A DNA stretch of 64,000 nucleotides from NCBI RefSeq assembly GCF_030013595.1, contig NZ_CP122768.1; one strand, 5' to 3'. The first letter of the stretch is position 1; each line of letters opens with the position of its first letter. This DNA comes from Escherichia coli. GTDB lineage: Bacteria > Pseudomonadota > Gammaproteobacteria > Enterobacterales > Enterobacteriaceae. A model generated the notes under the pieces. It saw nothing but the letters and a program-made list of their open reading frames with translations, did not search any database and was not told where the DNA came from. A program made the position numbers and the translations under genes. Of the stretch, positions 1 to 9,047 are shown in pieces.

Positions 1-42
1 GGTGCGCCGTGGTTTGTCTGGTTGCTTGTGAGAATGCGATAA

Positions 43-810
43 ATGACTTTACGAACTGAAAATCTGACGGTCAGTTACGGGACAGACAAGGTACTTAACG
101 ACGTTTCACTCTCACTGCCAACGGGGAAGATCACCGCCCTGATCGGTCCTAACGGTTGCGGGAAATCGACGCTGTTAAACTGTTTTTCGCGGCTTTTAAT
201 GCCGCAGTCTGGCACCGTATTTCTCGGCGATAATCCCATAAATATGCTCTCATCGCGCCAGTTGGCCCGCAGGCTTTCGCTGCTGCCTCAGCACCATTTA
301 ACGCCAGAGGGGATCACAGTCCAGGAGCTGGTTTCGTATGGTCGTAATCCCTGGCTGTCACTCTGGGGGCATCTCTCCGCTGAAGACAATGCACGAGTTA
401 ATGTCGCCATGAACCAGACCCGGATTAATCATCTTGCCGTTCGTCGGTTAACCGAGCTTTCCGGCGGTCAGCGCCAGCGCGCATTTCTGGCGATGGTCCT
501 GGCCCAGAATACGCCCGTTGTATTACTTGATGAACCAACCACCTATCTTGATATCAATCACCAGGTGGACCTGATGCGGTTGATGGGCGAACTCCGGACT
601 CAGGGGAAAACGGTGGTCGCTGTGCTGCACGACCTTAATCAGGCTAGCCGGTACTGCGATCAACTGGTGGTAATGGCAAACGGGCATGTTATGGCGCAAG
701 GCACACCAGAAGAGGTGATGACCCCAGGATTGCTGAGAACAGTATTCAGCGTGGAAGCGGAAATACACCCCGAGCCGGTATCTGGCAGGCCGATGTGCCT
801 AATGAGGTAG
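43..810 (+). CDS. fecE: Ferric citrate ABC transporter ATP-binding protein FecE (last gene of fecABCDE)
   Basis: 255-aa ORF with Walker A GPNGCGKST, ABC signature LSGGQRQR and Walker B VVLLDEP; full-length agreement with E. coli FecE as recalled. Confidence 0.92.
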   Translation: MTLRTENLTVSYGTDKVLNDVSLSLPTGKITALIGPNGCGKSTLLNCFSRLLMPQSGTVFLGDNPINMLSSRQLARRLSLLPQHHLTPEGITVQELVSYGRNPWLSLWGHLSAEDNARVNVAMNQTRINHLAVRRLTELSGGQRQRAFLAMVLAQNTPVVLLDEPTTYLDINHQVDLMRLMGELRTQGKTVVAVLHDLNQASRYCDQLVVMANGHVMAQGTPEEVMTPGLLRTVFSVEAEIHPEPVSGRPMCLMR

Positions 811-1347
811 ATTGCACAGGCCGTAAGAACCAAACCACGACTGAATGAAACTGGACTGGCGCCAGCAAGCCAGTTCAGACTGGGGCTGAACTTTTCCGGA
901 CTCTGAAAGATTACCAATACTCATCGTCCATCCGCTTGCTTTAGGCTGACAGGTTCATAATCAACGCAAACCAGAGCTGTACAGGCTTGGGCGCGGCTTT
1001 CAAACCAGTCGTGATCACGGCAATCAATTTTGAACTCTGCTTAACGGACATTTCTGTATAACCCTTACGGCAACGAAAAACGCGAAGTTAAAATTTTAGA
1101 AACCCAAAAACGTGACATGACTAAGTTTAGATTTCAGGGGGGAGATCAAAAAATTTCGCTCTGTGCCAGAGCGGACATTCATGGAGCTGGTTCATTACCA
1201 ATGAGGTTGGGCTTTTGAGGATAAATCAATGATCAGACGCCAACGTAAATCAAAAGCAACCCTGGAACGGAATTGCTAATCCAGTTTCTGACCATCGATT
1301 TTTCTAAAAAGTGTGCGTTTGCTACTACTTAGGTAGGTGCAGCTTTC

Positions 1348-1839
1348 TTAATCACCGGCAGCCACGCTGGTCTGTTTACTGTCGTACTTACTGGTGTCCT
1401 GCTGGCTGCTTATCAGCAGGTCGTGGCCCACATCGGCGATAATCCTGTTGCCGTTGACCTGAGCACCGTTCAGTACCGTATCCCGACCACTGTTGATGGT
1501 GACGGTTTTACCGCTGTCTGTTGTGGTTTCAGTCCACTCAGTACCGTTACCTTTCTCGCTGCCTTTTGCCGCATTAACGCTGGCAAAGACGCTGATACCG
1601 GCACCGTTACCACCGGCACCGATACTGACACCCACGCCACCGCCAGCCCCGGTTATCAATGGTGCTGAGGTAGTCACTCCATGAATACGTGTAATCCACC
1701 AGGGTATAGCCATACGGCAGACTGACACCGGCGGCAAAATTCCTCGCATCATGTGACACCGAAAAGTCACTGCTCCGTCCCCCGCTGACAAACCAGTTGT
1801 CAGCCAGCCCCAGAGGATTATTAAAGGAAAGGACACCAT
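1348..1839 (-). pseudogene. Hemagglutinin/CdiA-like repeat fragment (TpsA remnant) in a different frame from the TpsB fragment
   Basis: Gly-rich stretch followed by ...[39 protein letters not shown]..., resembling filamentous hemagglutinin/CdiA repeats; frame overlaps the end of the TpsB fragment, suggesting a deletion/frameshift fusion. Confidence 0.4.
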
Positions 1840-2662
1840 TTAACTGCCCCGTACCGGTATTCTTCTGCCCGCTGTTGTCGATGCCCACGCTCCCTGTGAC
1901 TGGCCATTCCGGCAATGCCGTCAGTGTCACCACCGACCATCCCTCACGGTCACCGGGCGATATTTCAATCTGTACCGGTTCCGTACGCAGACGATTAATC
2001 TGCTCCATCCCCTGCTCAATATCCCGCAGGTTCAGAACCTTCCCCTCCATTCCCGGGAAAACCATCTTCAGGGTGCGGGCAGGAAGGTCAGCGCCTTCCG
2101 CCCGGATTTGCTGCAGCCTGCCTTCCATGACCGTTATGTGCAGTACGCCCCCTGAAAGGTCCTGCTCTGTCAGAAAGGCCCGGCTGGTGATATATCCCCG
2201 GCGTATATAGCCGTCCGTCACGGCATCCGTGACCGCAGTCAGGCCGGTGATATTCAGACACTGATTCACCCACGGTGCCACCAGTCTGTCGGTTTCTGCA
2301 GACGTCAGTCGGGTGGCCCCACTGACAACAATGCGTGACACCGTAAAGCAGGGGCCTTCAGTACCGGCAGACGTTTCCGGAGACGGCGTGATAGTCAGCG
2401 GCGCACTGCGCTCCAGCGCATCACGCTGATGCTGGTTTTCATCCAGCAACTGCTGCTGTTGCTGCTGAATTGCACTGCGGTCACCCGGAGACAGCATGGC
2501 TGCCGGAGACGAAAATGCGGGGATAAAAAAACCAGAAAAAACGGAGAGGGAGAGATAGCATATCCACGGAGAGCCACGCCGGAACATATCACAACAGGGG
2601 ACAGACAACGCACGGGATAAAAGGGACGTTTTCGTCAGAATGTTGTTCTGCCGGCGCTGCAT
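1607..2662 (-). pseudogene. Two-partner secretion transporter (ShlB/FhaC/CdiB family, TpsB) N-terminal fragment, about 351 codons of an expected 550-590
   Basis: Signal-peptide-like N-terminus, glutamine-rich linker, POTRA-like segment and start of the beta-barrel, then premature stop; family assignment by motif recall. Confidence 0.55.
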
Positions 2663-3177
2663 GTTCTCCCCGTATTCTGGCCTGTGTGATGCCAGTGTAA
2701 ATTCATGTCAAAAAGTGTCAGCGAGAAAATTTACACCTGAAAAAGTCTGTCATGAAACAGTTTTATGACAAGACATCAAAAAAATGTCAAAAACGTGATC
2801 TTTCTTCAGCTTTTCAGAATATTGAGTACCAGGAAGTCAATATCAATTCTGGGACACATATGCATTTACCATTAAAACCGGGCACAACAAGCTGTTCAGT
2901 CTCAATCCATACCCCGTGTTTTATCAATATCAGAATAAGAATATCTGCGGATAAATAAAAAAGGAATGTCGAGGGAGCTTACCGCAGAGGGCTCTCCACC
3001 TCACAAACCATTTACAAAAATGATACCGGCATATCTTTGGTCCCTGTCACAACCAGACATTGACAATCCAATATAACCCCAAATATATTTCGGGTAAGAA
3101 GTCTGGGATTTATACAGATATACTGTCTGTTATTACTATTTAATTATATAATTGTATTGCATACATAAGAGGCACTA

Positions 3178-3567
3178 ATGAAACGTTATATAAAATGGTT
3201 TGCCATCACAATTTTTATCAGTATGTTGAGTGCCTGTGCCCGTACGGCCCCAGTGCAACAGATAAGCACCACTGTCAGTGTGGGTCATACTCAGGAGCAG
3301 GTTAAAAATGCCATTTTGAAAGCAGGTGCGCAGCGCAAGTGGATTATGACGCAAGTGTCCCCTGGAGTTATTAAAGCTCGCTATCAAACACGAAATCACG
3401 TTGCAGAGGTTCGTATTACATATACAGCTACCTACTATAACATCAAATATGACAGTAGCCTGAATCTGCAGGCTTCTGATGGAAAAATTCATAAAAACTA
3501 TAACCGCTGGGTGCGTAACCTAGATAAAGATATACAGGTTAACTTATCTACAGGAGCAACGTTATAG
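3178..3567 (+). CDS. Small predicted lipoprotein, first gene of the lipid-biosynthesis cluster region
   Basis: 129-aa ORF with signal peptide and lipobox (ISMLSAC); lies in visibly AT-rich DNA immediately upstream of the cluster methyltransferase. Confidence 0.6.
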   Translation: MKRYIKWFAITIFISMLSACARTAPVQQISTTVSVGHTQEQVKNAILKAGAQRKWIMTQVSPGVIKARYQTRNHVAEVRITYTATYYNIKYDSSLNLQASDGKIHKNYNRWVRNLDKDIQVNLSTGATL

Positions 3568-3631
3568 TGATGCTGATATCGGGCTGGAATGGCCCGATAG
3601 TATTTAACTTTCTCTATAAGAATGGTTATAT

Positions 3632-4690
3632 ATGTACGAACAGGACACGCTCAGCGCACTGGATGCCATCACCGAAGCACAGCGGATTGCCTTTGCTCCT
3701 ATGCTTTTCCAGGCAGCTTTGTGCCTGCGCAATGCAGGAATATTAGATTATTTGGATCAACAGGGTAAACAGGGAGCTCCCCTTAATGCGATTACTGAGC
3801 ACACAGTCCTGAATGAATATGCCGTGGGTGTGTTACTGGATATGGGCTTAAGCGGGCGAATTATTACCTGTAAAGAGGGAATTTATTACCTGGCGAAAAT
3901 CGGTCATTACCTCCTGCATGACACTATGACTCGCGTGAATATGGATTTCACCCAGGATGTCTGTTACCAGGGGCTCTTCTTCCTTGCCGATTCACTCAAT
4001 GAAGGAAAACCTTCCGGGTTAAAAGTATTTGGCGACTGGCCGACGATATATCCGGCACTTTCGCAATTACCAGACGCCGCACGTGATAGCTGGTTTGCGT
4101 TTGATCATTACTATTCAGATGGCGCATTTAACGCCGCACTGCCTTATGTATTCGCCAACAACCCCACAACCTTGTACGATGTGGGTGGCAATACGGGTAA
4201 GTGGGCTTTGCGCTGCTGCAAATTCAATGAAAACATCGCCGTTACGTTATTAGATCTGCCACAACAAATCGTACTGGCGAAAGAAAATATCGCGAATGCA
4301 GGTTTTTCTGATCGCATAGATTTCCATGCGGTGGATATGCTAAGCGATGCCCCATTACCAGGCGAGGCTGATATCTGGTGGATGAGCCAATTTTTAGACT
4401 GTTTTTCACCCGAACAAATAATTAGCATACTCAGCAAAATTGCCAGCGTAATGAAGCCTGGCGCAAAACTTTGCATCATGGAGTTGTTCTGGGATGCACA
4501 GCGGTTTGAAGCGACATCGTTTAGCCTGAATGCATCCTCACTTTATTTTACCTGCATGGCAAACGGTAACAGCCGTTTCTATAGTGCAGAGAAATTTTAC
4601 GACTATCTGAATAAAGCAGGATTCCAGGTAGCAGAGTGTCACGATAATTTAGGCGTTGGGCATACACTTTTGATATGCCAAAAGAAATAA
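3632..4690 (+). CDS. SAM-dependent methyltransferase (APE-cluster methyltransferase-like)
   Basis: 352-aa ORF with SAM-binding motif LYDVGGNTGKWA; position matches the methyltransferase of aryl-polyene clusters. Confidence 0.75.
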   Translation: MYEQDTLSALDAITEAQRIAFAPMLFQAALCLRNAGILDYLDQQGKQGAPLNAITEHTVLNEYAVGVLLDMGLSGRIITCKEGIYYLAKIGHYLLHDTMTRVNMDFTQDVCYQGLFFLADSLNEGKPSGLKVFGDWPTIYPALSQLPDAARDSWFAFDHYYSDGAFNAALPYVFANNPTTLYDVGGNTGKWALRCCKFNENIAVTLLDLPQQIVLAKENIANAGFSDRIDFHAVDMLSDAPLPGEADIWWMSQFLDCFSPEQIISILSKIASVMKPGAKLCIMELFWDAQRFEATSFSLNASSLYFTCMANGNSRFYSAEKFYDYLNKAGFQVAECHDNLGVGHTLLICQKK

Positions 4691-4730
4691 TCGTCACTTA
4701 ATAATTTTGGTTTACCGCGGGCGCGCGTTG

Positions 4731-5453
4731 ATGAAATTTGCATTAAATATTACCAACTGGCAGGCACTGGCGCCTGGACTTAGCGATGTGCAGCAATGGC
4801 AAGCATGGTCGCGCCAGCCGTGGGCGATTGACCCTGCCGCGCCGTTGGCAAAATTAAGTGAACTGCCAATGATGACCGCTCGTCGTCTCAGTTCAGGCAG
4901 CAAACTGGCTGTTGAATGCGGTCTGACAATGCTACGCCGCCATCAGCCAGACGCTGTTTTGTATACCAGTCGTCATGGCGAACTGGAGCGCAATTACCGC
5001 ATTGTTCATGCACTGGCAACCGAACAGGCGCTTTCTCCGACGGACTTCGCGCTTTCCGTACACAACTCTTCCGTGGGTAACCTGACCATTGTGGCCAAAC
5101 AGCCGATCGTTTCGTCATCGCTTTCGGCTGGTCGCGACAGTTTCCAGCAAGGTTTGTGTGAAGTGCTTAGCCTGCTACAAGCGGGATACCAGCGCGTGTT
5201 GATGGTCGATTTTGATGGCTTTCTACCTGAGTTTTATCACCCGCAACTGCCCGCAGAAATGCCTACCTGGCCGTACGCCGTCGCGCTGGTGATTGAAGCT
5301 GGCGATGACTGGCAATGTGAAACGCAGCCAGCCATTGCGGTAAATGAAACAACACTGCCGCAAAGCATCTTGTTTTTACAGCACTATTTACAAAATGCAG
5401 ATGCTTTTTCACTGCCTGGCGAGCGCGTGCAATGGCGCTGGAGCCGCAGATGA
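4731..5453 (+). CDS. Beta-ketoacyl-synthase-like protein (short KS-like, possible chain-length-factor partner)
   Basis: ORF track starts at TTG 4707; ATG at 4731 (MKFALNITNW) is more plausible. About 240 aa, shorter than a catalytic KS. Confidence 0.6.
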   Translation: MKFALNITNWQALAPGLSDVQQWQAWSRQPWAIDPAAPLAKLSELPMMTARRLSSGSKLAVECGLTMLRRHQPDAVLYTSRHGELERNYRIVHALATEQALSPTDFALSVHNSSVGNLTIVAKQPIVSSSLSAGRDSFQQGLCEVLSLLQAGYQRVLMVDFDGFLPEFYHPQLPAEMPTWPYAVALVIEAGDDWQCETQPAIAVNETTLPQSILFLQHYLQNADAFSLPGERVQWRWSRR

Positions 5454-6271
5454 GTAAGCTGATGTCGCGCCTGGGATGGGCATGGCGACTGGTCATGACC
5501 GGGTTATGTTTTGTCCTGTTTGGTCTCGGCGGCCTGCTGCTTTCAGTCGTGTGGTTTAACATATTGTTAGTTTTGGTGTGGGATACTTCCCGCCGCCGTC
5601 GTTTGGCACGTCGCAGCATTGCCGCCAGTTTTCGCCTGTTTTTAACTGTCGCGAAAGGGCTTGGCGTGCTGGATTATCGTATTGATGGCGCTGAAATTTT
5701 ACGTCAGGAACGCGGTTGCCTCGTCGTAGCCAATCATCCCACGCTGATCGATTACGTGCTGCTGGCATCAGTCATGCCAGAAACTGACTGCCTGGTGAAA
5801 AGCGCGCTGTTAAAAAATCCTTTTCTTGGCGGCGTCGTGCGAGCGGCAGATTATTTAATCAACAGCGAAGCAGAAACCCTGTTACCCCGCTGCCAACAGC
5901 GACTGGCACAGGGTGACACTATCCTGATTTTCCCCGAAGGCACACGAACGAAGCCCGGTGAAAAAATGACGTTACAGCGCGGTGCAGCGAATATTGCCGT
6001 GCGCTGCACCAGCGATTTACGCATCGTGACGATCGGCTGTAGCGAGCATCTGCTGGATAAACAAAGTAAGTGGTATGACGTCCCGCCTGCCAGGCCGTTT
6101 TTTACGGTTGAAGTCCGTGGGCGGGTAGAAATCAATAAATTTTACGATGCAACTTCACAAGAGCCGACGCTGGCTGCAAGACAGTTAAACCGGCATCTTT
6201 TGCTTCAATTACAGCAAGGTTGTTTACCTCTATCAGGAATAAATAATGCAAGCGCTTTATCTGGAAATTAA
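5450..6271 (+). CDS. Lysophospholipid/1-acyl-glycerol-3-phosphate acyltransferase family protein
   Basis: N-terminal membrane helix, acyltransferase motifs NHPTLIDYV (HX4D) and FPEGTR; ATG at 5450 overlaps the upstream stop (ATGA); the ORF track's alternative start is 5432. Confidence 0.8.
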   Translation: MSKLMSRLGWAWRLVMTGLCFVLFGLGGLLLSVVWFNILLVLVWDTSRRRRLARRSIAASFRLFLTVAKGLGVLDYRIDGAEILRQERGCLVVANHPTLIDYVLLASVMPETDCLVKSALLKNPFLGGVVRAADYLINSEAETLLPRCQQRLAQGDTILIFPEGTRTKPGEKMTLQRGAANIAVRCTSDLRIVTIGCSEHLLDKQSKWYDVPPARPFFTVEVRGRVEINKFYDATSQEPTLAARQLNRHLLLQLQQGCLPLSGINNASALSGN

Positions 6272-6503
6272 AAACCTCATCATCAGCACCCTCAATCTGG
6301 ACGACTTGACTCCTGATGATATTGATATCAATGCGCCACTGTTTGGCGACGGTTTAGGGCTGGACTCTATCGATGCACTGGAACTGGGACTGGCAGTAAA
6401 AAATGAGTACGGCATCGTGCTCTCTGCGGAAAGCGAAGAAATGCGTCAGCACTTTTTCTCCGTCGCCACTCTGGCCTCTTTCATTGCTGCGCAACGTGCC
6501 TGA
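6246..6503 (+). CDS. Acyl carrier protein (first of tandem pair)
   Basis: 85-aa acidic ORF with phosphopantetheine attachment motif GLDSID. Confidence 0.85.
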   Translation: MQALYLEIKNLIISTLNLDDLTPDDIDINAPLFGDGLGLDSIDALELGLAVKNEYGIVLSAESEEMRQHFFSVATLASFIAAQRA

Positions 6504-6514
6504 GGAAAACCATC

Positions 6515-6766
6515 ATGACAGACCAACAAACCATTTATCAGGAAGTCTCAGCCCTGCTGGTTAAGCTGTTTGAAATCGATCCGCAGGACATCAAACCTGA
6601 AGCGCGACTGTACGAAGATCTGGAACTGGACAGCATCGACGCCGTTGACATGATTGTGCACCTGCAAAAGAAAACCGGTAAGAAAATCAAGCCGGAAGAG
6701 TTTAAAGCAGTGCGTACAGTCCAGGATGTTGTCGAGGCTGTAGAACGCCTGCTACAAGAAGGCTAA
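6515..6766 (+). CDS. Acyl carrier protein (second of tandem pair)
   Basis: 83-aa acidic ORF with LELDSIDAV motif. Confidence 0.85.
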   Translation: MTDQQTIYQEVSALLVKLFEIDPQDIKPEARLYEDLELDSIDAVDMIVHLQKKTGKKIKPEEFKAVRTVQDVVEAVERLLQEG

Positions 6767-6767
6767 T

Positions 6768-7352
6768 TTGATGTCGGGCATTCGCTCGCTACCGATGATT
6801 AAGTTGCTGACCGGATTATTGCTGCTCGTCTGGCCTTTTTTAATCTGGCTAGGTTTGGTGCATAACAGCCTGCACTGGCTGTTGCCGCTGATGGCGCTGT
6901 TGCTTTTATTGCGCCTGCGCCAGCCCCGTCGCCAGACGGGGCCGCTCCAGGTCGTCACAAAAATCGTTGCTGTTGTGGGCATTGTATTGTGTGTCTCCAG
7001 TTTTCTGTTGAAAACGTACCAGTTACTGCTGTTTTACCCGGTAGTGGTTAACGCAGTCATGCTGGCGGTTTTTGGCGGTTCGCTGCGGTCGACAATGCCG
7101 ATAGTTGAGCGGCTGGCACGTTTGCAGGAGCCAGACCTCCCGGAAAAGGCCGTGCGATATACCCGCCGCGTAACGCAGGTCTGGTGCCTGTTTTTTATTT
7201 TCAATGGCAGTATTGCGTTATTTACCACCTTGTATGGCAACATGCCCTTGTGGACAGCCTGGAACGGTATCATTGCTTACCTTCTGATAGGTTTCCTGAC
7301 TGCAGGGGAATGGCTGATACGTCGTAAGATGATCAAACGGAAAACACCATGA
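6768..7352 (+). CDS. Small integral membrane protein of the cluster
   Basis: 194-aa ORF with several hydrophobic helices; no catalytic motif recognised. Confidence 0.6.
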   Translation: MMSGIRSLPMIKLLTGLLLLVWPFLIWLGLVHNSLHWLLPLMALLLLLRLRQPRRQTGPLQVVTKIVAVVGIVLCVSSFLLKTYQLLLFYPVVVNAVMLAVFGGSLRSTMPIVERLARLQEPDLPEKAVRYTRRVTQVWCLFFIFNGSIALFTTLYGNMPLWTAWNGIIAYLLIGFLTAGEWLIRRKMIKRKTP

Positions 7353-8707
7353 ATCAGACTCTCTCACTTTCACAGTGGTTGACAGCCTCTCGCCCTGTAA
7401 CAACTCCTGTTGCCTGGCTTGGGGAATATACCTGGACACTGGGGCATCTGCGGCATGATGTAGCGCTTTTGATCGACCATTTACGCGACCAGCCAGGCAA
7501 TCGCTGGGCACTTTGTTTTGAAAACAGCTATCTTTTTATTGTAGCGTTGTTGGCCACGCTACACTCAGGTAAAATCCCGGTAATCCCGGGCCATAATCGC
7601 GCCGCTTTGTTAAATGTACAACGCTCTTTGTTTGATTGCGTCCTGAGTGATAAAAGGCTGGGCTGGAACGGTCCACAGTTTGTTGTAAGCACATCTCACC
7701 AGATGACGACCAGCACGATAGCCTTTGATGATATTGCTTCTGACGCGTTTATTGAACTTTTCACATCGGGTTCAACCGGACAACCAAAACAAATTGCAAA
7801 ACCTGTTATCAGCCTTGATCAAGAAGCAAACATGCTGGCAACTCACTTTGCAGACCGACTACTGGGCTGTCGTTTTGTAGCATCCGTGATGCCTCAGCAC
7901 CTGTATGGGCTAACTTTCCGTATTTTTTTACCCATGGCACTTGGCCTGCCATTGCATGCCGCAATGCTCTGGTATTCTGAGCAACTTGCCGCATTAAGCC
8001 ATACCTACCGCTATGCCTTTGTCAGCAGCCCGGCGTTCCTTAAGCGACTCGACCTTCATCTGACGCCTCCCCCAGTGGAAATGATTCTCTCTGCCGGCGG
8101 TATGCTACCATGGCAGGATGTAGAGAAAACTTCCACCTGGCTGAATATATGGCCCGATGAAATCTATGGTAGTACCGAAACAGGTATTCTCGCATGGCGT
8201 TACCGTCAACAGGATAATATCCCCTGGTTTACTTTTTCTGATGTTCATCTTTCACAGGAAAGTGAGGGGGTTCGTGTCTTTTCGCCACTAATCCCTGCTG
8301 AAGGATTGGTGCTTGACGATATGTTGCAATTCAATGAAAACGGTCAGTTCCACCTGATCGGACGACGTGGTCGAGTGGTAAAAATAGAGGAGAAGCGGAT
8401 ATCACTGGTTGAAATCGAACAACGACTTCTGGCACTTGACGGTATTATGGATGTCGCTGCAATACCATTAATACGCAATGGCCGCCAGGCTATCGGTGTC
8501 GTGGTTGTACCAAATAAAGAGGCCCGTCAAATATGGCAATGCTCCGGAGGGAAAACTCTGGAGTTGTCCTGGCGCAAAGCACTATTACCATGGCTTGAAC
8601 CTGTTGCAGTACCTCGTTACTGGCGCATTATTGATGAAATACCAGTAAACAGTATGAACAAGCGTGTCTATGCGCAATTACAGGAGTTATTTCATGATAC
8701 GCCATGA
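7349..8707 (+). CDS. AMP-dependent synthetase/ligase (adenylating enzyme, probable starter-acid:ACP ligase)
   Basis: 452-aa ORF with AMP-binding motif TSGSTGQPKQ; ATGA overlap with upstream gene. Confidence 0.8.
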   Translation: MNQTLSLSQWLTASRPVTTPVAWLGEYTWTLGHLRHDVALLIDHLRDQPGNRWALCFENSYLFIVALLATLHSGKIPVIPGHNRAALLNVQRSLFDCVLSDKRLGWNGPQFVVSTSHQMTTSTIAFDDIASDAFIELFTSGSTGQPKQIAKPVISLDQEANMLATHFADRLLGCRFVASVMPQHLYGLTFRIFLPMALGLPLHAAMLWYSEQLAALSHTYRYAFVSSPAFLKRLDLHLTPPPVEMILSAGGMLPWQDVEKTSTWLNIWPDEIYGSTETGILAWRYRQQDNIPWFTFSDVHLSQESEGVRVFSPLIPAEGLVLDDMLQFNENGQFHLIGRRGRVVKIEEKRISLVEIEQRLLALDGIMDVAAIPLIRNGRQAIGVVVVPNKEARQIWQCSGGKTLELSWRKALLPWLEPVAVPRYWRIIDEIPVNSMNKRVYAQLQELFHDTP

Positions 8708-9047
8708 AATTGAGCGCCATCTGGTTCAACCGCAGGAGATGGAAATCGTTCTATACCTTGACCCGATGCTCTACTGGTTTAATGGTCATTTTGCCGTACA
8801 GCCTCTGTTACCAGGCGTGGCCCAGTTGGACTGGGTAATGCATTATGCTACCACGCTGCTTGCTCCGGGCTGGCGTTTTCGTAGTATCCAGAATGTTAAA
8901 TTTCTGGCGCCACTTATACCTGAGACGACTGTTACCCTGCAATTAACATGGCAGGAAACAAGTCAGGTACTCACTTTCTGCTATCAGCGTCACGACGGTG
9001 ACGCCCGCCACACCGCCAGTAGCGGGAAGATCCGTCTATGTCGGTAA
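8664..9047 (+). CDS. Hot-dog fold dehydratase/thioesterase-like protein
   Basis: About 120-aa ORF in the position of the small dehydratase of APE clusters; start may be the ATG at 8694. Confidence 0.55.
   Translation: MSMRNYRSYFMIRHEIERHLVQPQEMEIVLYLDPMLYWFNGHFAVQPLLPGVAQLDWVMHYATTLLAPGWRFRSIQNVKFLAPLIPETTVTLQLTWQETSQVLTFCYQRHDGDARHTASSGKIRLCR

Noticed and set aside
811-1347. About 540-bp ORF-free interval after fecE (contains a G6 run)
   Set aside because: No ORF of 60 aa or more, no recognisable repeat or RNA structure; most simply the 3' flank of the degraded secretion locus. Left unannotated.
1423-1684. Plus-strand Gly/Thr/Pro-rich ORFs (81 and 63 aa)
   Set aside because: Mirror the minus-strand Gly-rich hemagglutinin-like fragment; considered reverse-frame artefacts of a repetitive coding remnant.
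2752-2958. 68-aa ORF in the AT-rich leader
   Set aside because: Lies in a promoter-like AT-rich region, Lys/Ser-rich low-complexity translation, no ribosome-binding context noticed.
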